Shown here in pieces: positions 49,750 through 61,519 of a stretch of 64,000 bases of DNA. Every line of letters begins with the position of its first letter. Position 1 is the first letter of the stretch. Source of the DNA: Chiloscyllium plagiosum (lineage: Eukaryota); assembly GCF_004010195.1 (NCBI RefSeq), contig NC_057711.1, positions 76,091,817-76,155,816 on the forward strand. The letters run 5' to 3'. The position numbers were made by a program, and so were the translations under genes. Below the pieces are notes generated by a model. That model was given only the letters and a program-made list of their open reading frames with translations, did not search any database and had not been told where the DNA came from.

Positions 49750-50700
49750 GTTTAGTCACTCCTTCCAAGGCTGTCCTCCAGCTACTGATTCAACAAAGTA
49801 AGTGTGTCCACTTGAGTCCAGCTGCTTGTTGATCCTGCAGTGTTCAGGATCCCAGACATCCTGTACCTTCTGCCTGATACACCAACTTAGGAGGAACAAC
49901 CTGGCATAGATTGGAAGGTCAGTCCTGTCAACCTTGCAATTGGTCATTGCCTTCTTTTCAGCATTTCTCTTTCGATCCTCTTGGACACCATCTCGAATGC
50001 CTGGCTTAGACTCTGTGATGCTCGGCTAGCCACTCACTGATATGGCCATACCCTTCAGAAGGTGCATTGAGCTCAATGAGATGGCACCAGCAAGGATTGT
50101 TCTTTGTACAAAAAGGGGAGAGTGTGGAGAACAGCTTGTGGATGAGTATGGAATGCATTAATAAGCTCTGGAAGCTAGTCAGGCTACTTTTATTTACTTT
50201 CATTCTAGGGCATGCAGTCAATCATGCAAAACGTAATGAAGGTTGAACTGCTCACATTAGATGAGAAGACGTGATGTGGCTTTTGACATTGCCATGGGTC
50301 TTGCAAAGCTTCTGTACAATCTCGCTCTTGAAGTGGTGAATCTGACAAGGAACACCAAAACAGGCAGTCTAATTGAATCTATGTTGAGGCCTTTTAATCA
50401 CTGGTGGGAATGACATGCGTGAGCTTAATGAAGACCCCATCTGTGATCATGAGGACATGTTTGATCATCTTATTGTTGAGGTCAAGGGCCAGAAAATCCA
50501 TTACAAAGACTATAGCTGTAATTGTTATGCCTGTGACCAAAATCCCCTGTCAGTACTCCAAATAAGCACTGCAGACTTCTTTGAACATCAGTACTTCTTT
50601 CCAGTGTCTCCTGATGGGCTCTCAGGTACAGATACTCCATCAGGAATGGCAACTGCCATATCCAGCCAGACATCCTCAACCTAGTCTTCCATCACTGGAT
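49750..50700 (-). mobile_element. Highly decayed Gypsy integrase
   Basis: Minus-strand MDFLALDLNNKMIKHVLMITDGVFIKLTHVIPTSD*KAST and HFKSEIVQKLCKTHGNVKSHIT..CEQFN match the integrase DDE core layout. Confidence 0.7.
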
Positions 50701-53700
50701 CATCATGTGTATCCAATTCAGCTTTCTACACATTGACAAGTGAAATAGTACCTGACTAGAAGTACCATCTTCTTCCTCCACAATATTAAAGGACTTCACA
50801 CAGGGAGCTATTGCTTGAATTATGCCAACAGGTCCAATCTCCTCCAATGCCTAAGTATCCAACATTCCGGAGCAACTTTAGCGTCCTTTGTGATGATTGC
50901 CAGTTTCAACTCTACACCATCCACTCTATCTCTAACAGACACCCTTCAAGCTCATCCACCATGATTGATGCTTATGCTGTGGAATTCTGCTGAATATACC
51001 AGAAATATATTGAGAGATTTAAGTATTTGGACAAATAAAGAACATGAAATAGATTCTTTCTTCCACTAGTATCAGATAGTAAAAGTAAAACAGAGTATTT
51101 ACATGGAATTAAGCCTGTAGTTCATATGTGGTTGAGGAAAGATTTGGTCATTTCCTCTCTCAATGAGGCCTCTTTTTCAGAAAAACACCCTTGCCTGTTG
51201 AGAGGATCTACTTGACAGGTTCCCCTGCTCAGTGTCCTCCCTCACCATTTTTGTCACTTGCTGCTAGAAATGCCATTACACTTGCATAAGGCAAAACTTT
51301 GACATAAATGTGTGGCTGATATATTCCACCACCCACAAGGTTTGCAATTGTCTTCCAGCGGTTTTTCTCAGCACTTGAAAATTGTCCAGAAAACATAACT
51401 GAAAATATGAGCAAATTCTTTGTATGCAACACTATTGTCATTAGCATCAGGTTGGCGCGACCGAAATAGCAATGGCATCATTTTGTAGCTTGGAAAAAAA
51501 TGTTTTATTTTAGCCAAACAAAAACATTCACCTCTGAATAATCTTCACTAGATCTCTGGCACACAGAAGTCTTTCAGATATTGAGCTTTTTATCTTGACT
51601 TCCTGTGATTGCATGGCTTTGAAATAATGTTTGAAGACGAGCACAGCTCTATGTTCTCTATGGATAAAGACGTGCCAAGAGTGGTGTGACCTGGGTTATT
51701 CACAGGATTTGCCTTAAAGAGGCTACAACACTGTCAGAAAGTACTGCTTGACAGTAAATCATTTAAAATTGAAGTTTTTGTATAACAGTTGAATCATAGA
51801 CATGTTATGTCTTTATATATCCTCAGTTACTCACCAATTTGTTTTTCTCTGCAATGGGGAAAATCACTAGCAAGCAGACAGGCTCAGAGCTGCAGTAGGT
51901 TACTATCACTTTAAGGACAAATTATTCTGCATGACTTCACGATTTTTCCATGAATTGAAATAACTTGAAACCCCATTTCTCCAATAAAAATGGTTGAAGA
52001 AATCTATCTCCTTAACCCTTTGTTACTTTAAAAATTATACACTATGTAAAATATTAAAAAATAACATTTCATACACTGAACAAGGCTTTAATGATGGTTG
52101 CATTTCACTCCAGGGATTGCTTGTCATGACTAGTGAATGCAATATCCCTGGCCACAGGCTGCTGCTAGCTTACAAACAGTAATGTATGTTTTGGCTTGAT
52201 CAATCTTTACTAATACCATAACAGTTACGTCAAGACTGCAAATTTTGCCTGTCACTAGGTCACAGAGAACATGACATACAATAACAGAAGAGGTTTTCAC
52301 GGTGAAGAAAGATTTGTATATTTGCGAGCACATGTTTAAGCAAAAGTGCTTCCCATTTTATGGCAATCAATGGAAATTCGGGCAACTTCTGGTATCCTAC
52401 ATAATTTCAGATTAGGAGGAAAACACTAAGTTAAATATAGGCATCTATATCACAATGCTGAAACATGCTGAAACAGCAGAAATGAGGCAGCACTACTGCT
52501 TCTAGAGGTGCGTTTGGCAGAACTAACATGGCTGGGGGCAAATCAACAGCGCAAGTAAACATCAATAACTCTCTTCCGCAGTGCTGGATGCTTTGGGCTA
52601 TATTCTGCTCTGACCTTGCTCAGTTTCAGTTTTCCCATCAAGCAGCAACAAGACTTTCTTGCTCATATAAACTTTGCTTTGATATCTAAGAATATGTCAA
52701 GTGGAAAACTATGGGTGGAATTCGACTCCCAGCCTCCCACACTTCCAGTGTAATATGGGCAGTAGATCTTTATGTTTCACATCATGATTTTTTGCTCTCA
52801 AAGCTATACTGGGTAAGGTGACTTTTAGTTATTCATGAACTATAAAGAATGCTTGTGTCACATATAATCCATTAAGTTGTCCTTCAAAAGGAGCACTGGA
52901 TGCCATGGAAAAAAAAATGTTTCTTTGGTTTCAGGCCTATCTTTGCAGGGCCAAGAGGAGAGTGAGGAGTTACTTCTCCAGGATACACAGAAAAAGTCTG
53001 GCATATTGCCATCGCATTCGAGGATCTGCTTTGAAGGTCTTCTCTCTCTGTACCTGATCTGATTCCTTCAATCTGGAAGCCAGCTGATTTCCCATTCTCT
53101 CTTATCAGCAAAGCACATTTGCAATCCATAGATTGCCGACGGCAATTTGGCTTGGCCTTCACACCTGCTCCAGAAGGCGTTGTTCTGTTAGTTTTATGCC
53201 AATTTTGAGCCGGTCAAAATTTCTTAACCTGAGGAGTGGGCATACATGTTTCTCATATTTAAACTTTAGGGAGCCTTGATAGACATGATGAAATGTGATT
53301 TTTTTTTAAGTGATTGGGCATCTTGCCTGTATCCAATCTCCCCTTTGTTTAGTTCCACATCCATTCATTTCAATCAGAGGTCACTGGAATGTATTCACAA
53401 CCATCAACTCACAGCAGCTAAACTCCTAAACCCTTACACCTTAACGCAGAGATGGATTGCAATATTCCTAATGGTTTTCCCATTAAGGTTAACTAATTCA
53501 GTACAGCCCAAAGTTCACACCTGATAAGCAGTTTATTTTTCCTACCTCTCTTTTCTAAAATGTGATTCACATCGGATTGCAGCTCACAACAGCTAGCAAC
53601 ATTTTTGTATCTTCCACTGCCGGCCATTATTCATGCCTGAGTGTAGACTTGTTCACTGTTAAGGTGGGGAGCAATTTCCTGTTGATAATAGCCAGAAGCA

Positions 53701-54730
53701 GTGCTACTGGCAAAAGTCATTCTTGCTCTGACAGTCGCTGCAAATATGAGCAACACCCAGGTTATAATCTGCTGTTTCTCTCTGGTTGTAAAGGAAGGGA
53801 GGGAGGGATCGGGAAGGTAGATAGTCAAGGAGATGATGGGTTGAGAGGAAGAGAGTGAAACATAGTCATACTTACCGACAATTCCTACATTCTCCAATAA
53901 CAGAGAAAAGATCGATTAAAAGCTTAAGCCCCTGAAGGTATTATTACGTTTCTGTCTTCTTAACAGGAAACCAGTCATGTAGAAGATAATTTTCTGTAAT
54001 TGTAAATGCATTGTTGCTAGCCTGGGAGAAACTGGACCCATAGGCAGTCAAAAGGAAATTAAGTAGTTGGGAGTGAGCCACTGTTAAGTGTCCTCAGCCA
54101 TAATAAAGGCATCAAGATTGTACATTCAAACAAGGACATTTAGATTATTATTAAGCCTGGGACCACAGAAGGGGGATTTTTATTCCTGTCAACTTTTCTG
54201 AAAATGCAGTTCCTACTGGATTCACTCCATTAGAAACTGACACCGTAAATGGAGGAGAAGAATTTGGTCACTGCATGATTATTAAGTGGGGAGTAGGGAA
54301 AAGTGCCCGGAGAGTGAATGATTATTTGAAACCAGTTAGAATTTGTTTTAGTAGTGCTACATACTAAATTTGTTCTTTAATAGTGAATATTAAATAGGGA
54401 GAGAATAAGATTTATACTGTATAAATAGGGTGCCAATGGCTCTTATTTTAATAAAACAAAATGTTTTCATTATTGCTCAGCAGATGGCATTGTTTACATA
54501 ATTGATTCCAACATGACTATCTACAGCTAGTATTAGTGAAAAAAATACTTTTTATTGTTAAACATTACTTTAAAAGCATTAAATTTGAATAAATTATAAG
54601 TTAAAATGTTACTGATGCACTGTAATACATAAACTATAGAACAGCTTTAATGAGAATCATAATTGACCTTCAGGGATAATTGTGAAATTATGAGCTCCCC
54701 AATGTCTTACATTTGCATTTAAATTTGTCA

Positions 54731-54953
54731 GAGCTGAAAATGTGTTGCTGGAAAAGCGCAGCATGTCAGGCAGCATCCAGGGAACAGGAGAATCGACATT
54801 TCGGGCATAAGCCCTTCTTCAGGAATTTCCTGAAGAAGGGCTTATGCCCGAAACGTCGATTCTCCTGTTCCCTGGATGCTGCCTGACCTGCTGTGCTTTT
54901 CCAGCAACACATTTTCAGCTCTGATCTCCAGCATCTGCAGTCCTCACTTTCTC
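54731..54953. mobile_element. Young palindromic PLE-end insertion with back-to-back hammerheads and a perfect 15-bp TSD
   Basis: TSD CATTTAAATTTGTCA (54716-30 / 54954-68). Arms of about 97 bp fold at T54826, with a 30-nt tail on the right. Confidence 0.95.
54827..54860 (+). ncRNA. Minimal type-I hammerhead ribozyme motif (intact core, GUC triplet)
   Basis: TC-CTGAAGA-A-GGGC-TTAT-GCCC-GAAA-CGTC-GA. A mirrored copy lies on the minus strand at 54793-54825. Confidence 0.82.
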
Positions 54954-56156
54954 CATTTAAATTTGTCATCCAGCATTAGATAATTTCACGGCAATTTTAA
55001 ATTTGTTGGCTTCAGTCATTGTGGTGGTGGTTGGACTGCTGTAAACTTCTGTGTCATATGTTTGTACGTCACAGATAGGTGGAAAAGAAAGCTTCAGAAA
55101 CAGTTCTTGATCAGTTTCCAGTATCTCCTTTGAGAGTTAAGTGTGTGAAAATGTTTACAGTCGGTGAAAATATGGTTGTACTTGGCTGTGACAACCACAT
55201 AAATGAAAAATCAAATGAAGTCCTGACACTCATTTCCTGAATTTACAAATAAAGCGATCAATTCTTACTTTGGAAAGTTTGTAATAATGGGGTGGTAGTT
55301 TTAAAACTGGGGTCAGTAGCTGAAGTTAGTTCTGTTCAATTCATTTTTTTGCACAATGACCTACGACTGGTTGGTGTTAGTGCCTCCCCAGAACAAACAA
55401 AGGCCTCCTTCCAATGCATTTCAGGATCCTCGTGATGCAGTTGGAACCCAGGTTATCATTTTAAGAGGCTAAAATGGATAGTGTTTGGTTGATGAACACG
55501 TGCTCCATCAGGAATCTGCCAGGTAAATGCCCATGAAACCATCTGCCACATCCCAGAATGTGTCACTGCCCTCGGGAGAAAAAGAGGAAAACAAATTATT
55601 CTAAAAATATCAAATCACAAGCTACACCATCTGTTCTGTCAATGCAATGGCAACCCTATCTAATCAGCACAGTAAGGATTTGGTCTCTGTGTCATTGTAT
55701 AGTTTATTCTCAGTTATGCCACATGTCTTGCATAGCTCATGGCACTTCATGTCATAATGATTTTTATGACATGTCTCATGAGTCTACCTATGGCAAGGAA
55801 TAATACCTGCTGTTGTGACTACAGCGATATTCACTAATATCATTACAGCTGGCTCTGTGATGCACTTGTTCTTTCCTCCATGCAACAAGGCATTTGGAAC
55901 TTTGCAAAGGCAAAATTTCTTTTAATCCCTTCCTTTATGCTGAATCAATAATCTAAATTAAATTACAAGATTGTCATAAAGAATATTTTGTTCATTAATG
56001 TCAAGGTCCAGAGCAATGCAGATAAACCTTAACTGCTCTCTGAAATTGTGTTTCAGTTGTATTTAATGTGATGAAATTTTATATTTTGATAACAGTGTTG
56101 AAATTTGGATTTCAAAATAGAAGCATATAGATGTTGGTTACTTCTATAAATAGTTT

Positions 56157-56740
56157 CCTCTACATTGGGGAGACTGGGCCCTCGTAGCAGAGCGCTTTAG
56201 AGAACATCTCTGGGACACCCGCACCAATCAACCACACCGCCCCGTGGCCCAACATTTCAACTCCCCCTCCCACTCTGCCGAGGACATGGAGGTCCTGGGA
56301 CTCCTTCACCGCCGCTCCCTCACCACCAGACGCCTGGAGGAAGAATGCCTCATCTTCCGCCTCGGAACACTTAAACCCCAGGGCATCAATGTGGACTTCA
56401 ACAGTTTCCTCATTTCCCCTTCCCCCACCTCACCCTAGTTCTAAACTTCCAGCTCAGCACTGTCCCCATGACTTGTCCGGACTTGTCCTACCTGCCTATC
56501 TCCTTTTCCACCTATCCACTCCACCCTCTCCTCCCTGACCTATCACCTTCATCTCCTCCCCCACTCACCCATTGTACTCTATGCTACTTTCTCCCCACCC
56601 CCACCTTCCTCTAGGTTATCTCTCCATGCTCCAGACTCACTGCCATTATTCCTGATGAAGGGCTTTTGCCCGAAACATCGATTTCGAAGCTCCTTGGATG
56701 CTGCCTGAACTGCTGTGCTCTTCCAGCACCACTAATCCAG
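56157..56740 (+). mobile_element. Penelope-like element 3' fragment (GIY-YIG C-terminal half, pLTR with hammerhead)
   Basis: LYIGETG..ERFREHL..VAQHFNSPSHS..LIFRLGTLKPQGIN. CTGATGA at 56652, GAAACATC at 56672. Confidence 0.93.
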
Positions 56741-57207
56741 ATTCAAGAGTATTAGCCTTGTTTGCAGTTCAGAAGAATGTGGGATTGAGCAATATTTAAA
56801 AAAACAAATTCAATTCAGAAAACACCAGGGTTATGTTTAGGAGTGAACTTGTTTTTTCTCCGAGGAGAATTTCAGAGCAGTTCATGACATCTCAGCAAAA
56901 GGGTTTAGTTTCTGAAAGTTTGAGAGCAGGAACATTTCAGTAGCAATCTGCAGGTTATTAGAATTGAGAAGGTTTAGGCTCTGAGATTTATGAAAAGTTT
57001 ATATCGACAGATTTGTTGAATTGAATTTGACCTCATCAAATGGTCTCCACAAAAACAAAACTGTAAGCTGTCAGTTAATTAGATGCACAAGTGATTAAGA
57101 TAAGGATGTCATTTCTCTGAAACAAACACAAACAATGCTGCAGAGACTCTGTAGGTCTGGTCACATCTGTAGAGAGAATTAAAGCTAATGGTTTGAGTTC
57201 GATATGA

Positions 57208-57661
57208 AAAGGATGTTGCCAGGAATGGAGGGTTAGAGATTTAAAAATAGACTTGAAAGACTGGGATTTCACTGGAGCTTAGAAAATTGAATGACGAGGT
57301 TATTGAGGCTTATAAAATAATGAGAGTCATAGATAAGTTGAATGACAAGGGTCTCTTCTCTGGAGTGGGCGAGTTCAAAACTAGGGAGCATATTTTTAAG
57401 GTGAGAGGAGAAAGATTTTTAAAAGACATGAGGGGCAACTTTTTTTTACACAGGGTGGTTCATGTGTGAAATGAACTGCCAGAGAAAGTGGTGGATGTAG
57501 ATACAGTGACATTTAAAAGACATTTGGCTAAGTTCACGAATAGGAAAGGTTTGGAGGAACATGGACCAAGCACAGGCAAGCGAGACTAGTTTAGTTTGGG
57601 AACATGGTCGCGTGGATTAGTTGGACTGAAGGGTCTGTTTCCTTGCTGTATGATTCTATGA
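57208..57661 (+). mobile_element. CR1 3' fragment inserted into a minus-strand PLE-end element (57115-57207 and 57662-57675)
   Basis: EAYKIMRVIDK..RGNFFLHRVV, with tail TATGATTCTATGA. The flanks rejoin to CTGAAGAAGAGTCATATCGAACTC. Confidence 0.85.
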
Positions 57662-58217
57662 CTCTTCTTCAGAATTGTCATTTCTTTGATCTCAACTCTC
57701 CATAATGGAGAGTGTCAGTGAAAGATTAAAGCTTGTTTTGCTTTGTGTTTTTGATCTTGCTAATTGTCTTCTATATTTAAATAGCTTGTTATGCTTTATT
57801 TATCCTTTTTTGTGTCATAAATGTCTGTTCTATTTTGAAGGAAGATCTACAGCCTTGGGTGAATTTGTTTTGTTGATTAACCACCATGTAATTAACTAAA
57901 CAAGAAAAAACATATGATCTTTCAAGCCAGTTTTCATTTTGGATCTAATCTGTCTAGAAGTATCATTAGCTGGGATCAAAGCAATGCTAGAGTTGATTTC
58001 TGTACTGCAGGAAAAATAATGTTTAGACCTTTATAGCTCTTTCATCAACATACTTCTAGAGCTGAAAGTCTAGGGCAGGGTGAAAATTTTCAATGTGAAG
58101 TATTTTTTGAGCCACCTAAAGAAATAGATAACACTATCCTGAGGAAATCATGCAGAGATGTCCTACAGCTGAGATGACTGACCTCCAACAACCACAATCA
58201 TTGTCCTTTGTGTCAGG

Positions 58218-58518
58218 TTAGATTACTTACAGTGTGGAAACAGGCCCTTCGGCCCAACAAGTCCACACCGTCCCGCCGAAGCGCAACCCACCCATACCCC
58301 TGCATTTACCCCTTACCTAACACTACGGGCAATTTAGCATGGCCAATTCACCTGACCTGCACATCTTTGTGATTGTGGGAGGAAACCGGAGCACCCGGAG
58401 GAAACCCACGCAGACACGGGGAGAATGTGCAAACTCCACACAGTCAGAGGCGGGAATTGAACCCGGGTCTCTGGCGCTGTGAGGCAGCAGTGCTAACCAC
58501 TGTGCCACCGTGCCGCCC
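58218..58518 (-). mobile_element. HE1-type SINE
   Basis: Near-identical reverse complement of 43182-43494. Confidence 0.93.
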
Positions 58519-58559
58519 ACGTATCTTCTGTACTTGGTTAAAATGGTAAATTTGGCAAA

Positions 58560-59910
58560 GCTGGACAAAGCCAACCCGGCCAATTAGCGCTCAATCAAGC
58601 TATTCTCGATCAACAGTAAAGCAATGGAACGTGTGTTCAAATGGACTATCAAGCAGCAACTGCTCAGCAACAACTTGTTCAGTTTCGCCCAGTTTGAGTT
58701 CTGCCAGGGCCACTCAGCTCCTGACCTCATTACAGCCTTGGTTCAAACATGGACAAAAGAGCTAAATTCCAGAGATGAGGTGACAGTGACACTTCTTCAA
58801 ATTAAGGCTGCATTCAACCGAGTGCAACATCATGGAGCCCTAGCAAAACTTGGGGCAAACTCTCTAGAGGTTGGAGTCATACCTGACACAAAGGAAGATG
58901 GTCGTGCTTGTTGCACATCAGTCATTTCAGTTCCAGGACATCACTGCAGGAGTTCCTCAGGATAGTTTCCTAGGCCCAACTATCTTCAGCTGCTTCCTTC
59001 TGTCATAATGTCAGATGTGGGGACATTTGCCAAAGGTTGCATAACGTTCAACACCATTTGTGACTCCTTAGACACTGAAGCAGTCTATGTTCAAATGCAA
59101 CAAGGTCTGGACAATATTCAGGCTTGGACTGACAAGTGGCAAGTAACGTTTGTGTCACACAAGTACCAGGTTATGATATTCACCATGACAATCTAATCAT
59201 TGCCCCTTGACATTCAATGGTGTTACCAGCACTGAATCCCCCAATATCAACATGCTGGGGGCTCGCATTGACCAGAAACTCAACTGGACTCACTAAATAA
59301 ACACAGTGGCAATAGGTGCATGTCAGAGGCTAGGAATACTGTGGTGGGTAACTCACCTCCTGACTCTACAAAGCCTGCCCACTGTTTACAAGGCACAGGT
59401 CAGAAGTGTAATGTAATACTCTCTACTTGCCTGGATGAGTGCAACCCAAACAGCTCTCAAGAAGCTTTACACTATCCCGGACAAAGTAGCCCACATGATT
59501 GGCACTACACCCATGAGCATCCATTCCATCCAGCACCAATGCTCAGTAGAAGCTGTATGTACTCGCTACAAGATGCATTGAAGAAATTCACTAAAGATCC
59601 TCAGACAATATCTTCTAAATGCACAATCACTTCCATCTAGAAGTCCAAGGTCAACAGATATATGGGAACACACCATCTTCAAGTTCATCTCCAAGCCACT
59701 CACCATCCTGACTTGGAAATATATCACTGGTCCTTCACTGTCACTGGGTCAAAATCCTGGAATTCCCTCCCTAATGGTGTTGTGGGTCAACTCACAGCAG
59801 GTGGACTATAGCGGTTCAAGAAGGTGGCTCACCAAACCTTCTCAAGGGCAACTATGAATGGCTAATAAATGCTGGCCAGCCAGTCACATCCACACCCCAC
59901 AAATGAAAAA
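58560..59910 (+). mobile_element. CR1-clade LINE (second family), RT to 3' end
   Basis: AQFEFCQGHSAPDLITALVQTW..IKAAFNRV and MQQGLDNIQAWTDKWQVTF, with an A-rich end. An inverted piece of the same family lies at about 58135-58217. Confidence 0.9.
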
Positions 59911-61519
59911 ATAAAAATAGGTAAAATATAGAAACTAAACAAAAGCACTTTTAGGTTGAATGATTCAACAAAGATATGGGATTTCTCAGTTAGGTGCTTC
60001 TTGTTGAAATTAAGTTCCGTTCAGCTTAAAAGCAGACCCAGCAATGATCACAAAGCAAATCTGACAGGCACCATGCAATGATTTTGTGTGGGCACGTTTT
60101 ATATTTGATTGATGTATGGTACATAAAATAAAAAGGGAATTTAAAATTAGAAGTCATGCTTTGAGATATTTAAATATACAGGGTTTGAGATTAAGCAAAA
60201 AAATGTCAGGATTAACTTTGGTTTAACTTACTTGGAAAGTGTTAATAGCATCCCAATAAATGGGGTCACATCCTCACAGAAATATGATTGTGCAAATAAA
60301 ATATTAAAGCAATTAAATTCAGAAAACAAAACACTTAAGATTCCAATTTTGGGTGAACCAAAAGATACGAAACTAGTTTTTTTTTCAAGTGATGCTTCAA
60401 ATTGCAGTCTTCCAGATGACTAATCAAATAAGACAGAGTTTTTCATATTCTTTTGGGGCTTAACAAACCAAAGCAGATTAGGTCCCAAGTTCTGATCATT
60501 AGGGAGGTGGGTGGGAAATGGGGTAAGTTAAAGCTTTGGGTTTAACTAACACTGCCAATACATTGTGTGGTTCACACTTTGACTAGGGGTTTAAATTTAA
60601 AGTGATTTGTGGAAAAATAAGAGGGGAAATGAGGATTTTACTTTTCAACCAAAATTCAGCAGGAATTCATTGTCTGAAAGGCTAATAGGTGCAGAATTTC
60701 TCAACTCATTTTAAAGGTGCCTGGATGTACATCTGAATTCCTGGAAGTTCCTGGGATATGGTAAAAGTGCTGGAAATGGGATTGGGCTTGGTGCTTCCCA
60801 TCTACAAAGGCACAGATACCATGGACAGAATGGCCTCCTTCTCTCCTGTAAATGTTTCTCCATTTTCTAAATATACTGAATATCTGAAAAATGGCATGCA
60901 CAGGGACGTGAGCAAAAGGCAGGGGAGTGGCAATATGTGAATTGCTCTTTCGGGGAGCCAGCACAGACACATACACAGACACAGGCACAGACACTGGGTT
61001 GAATGGATCTTTTTGGGGTTGTAACTAGTTTATGGTTCTGTACAGTGTAAAATAGACTGCTGAACTGCCATTGCCCTCTGTGCACTGCTGCCCATGATAA
61101 ATTTATAACCCGTGTTTGAAACGCTCTGTCTTAAAATAGCAAATAACCAACATATAGGCATCATTACTGACAGGGTTAAGGGGTAGGGAGGGTTAAAAAT
61201 GTTCAGTTGTGAAAAGTAGCCTTAACTTGTCACATGAACACTTGCCTCCAGTTTTACAGAAATGGATTGAGTAAGGTATGTGAGTCCTGGTGTGAAAGTG
61301 TTGAATACTTCACTTCTGATATTTTAATCAGATACTCACGTTGCAGTTGGGAATCTGATTTAGATTTAACAGTTGACAACTATGTATCTCAGGCATGCAG
61401 CAACTTAAGCAGCATGAAGAAAACTGAGGAATGTATCAACTTGCTCCAGAAAAGCCCTGTCTTAAGAGCAAAACGCCTGTTTGTGACCCGAACCTGCTAA
61501 TTATACATAGGAGCACTTA

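Larger units (their letters stand above)
57985..60455 (+). mobile_element. Decayed Ty1/Copia (GalEa-like) RT-RNaseH, split by a LINE/SINE insertion. Pieces are about 57985-58132 and 59920-60455.
   Basis: RVDFCTAGKIMF..QGENFQCEVFFEPPKE | GKI*KLNKSTFRLNDSTKIWDFSVR..QLK-ADPAM..DFVWA..FKYTGFEIKQ..ANKILKQL..KLVF-SDASNCSLPD are collinear with Copia RT/RH motifs. Confidence 0.75.

Noticed and set aside
56745..57983. Possible solo LTR surrounding the CR1/PLE insertion
   Set aside because: It has an LTR-like texture, but no second copy, clear TG..CA termini or TSD was found.
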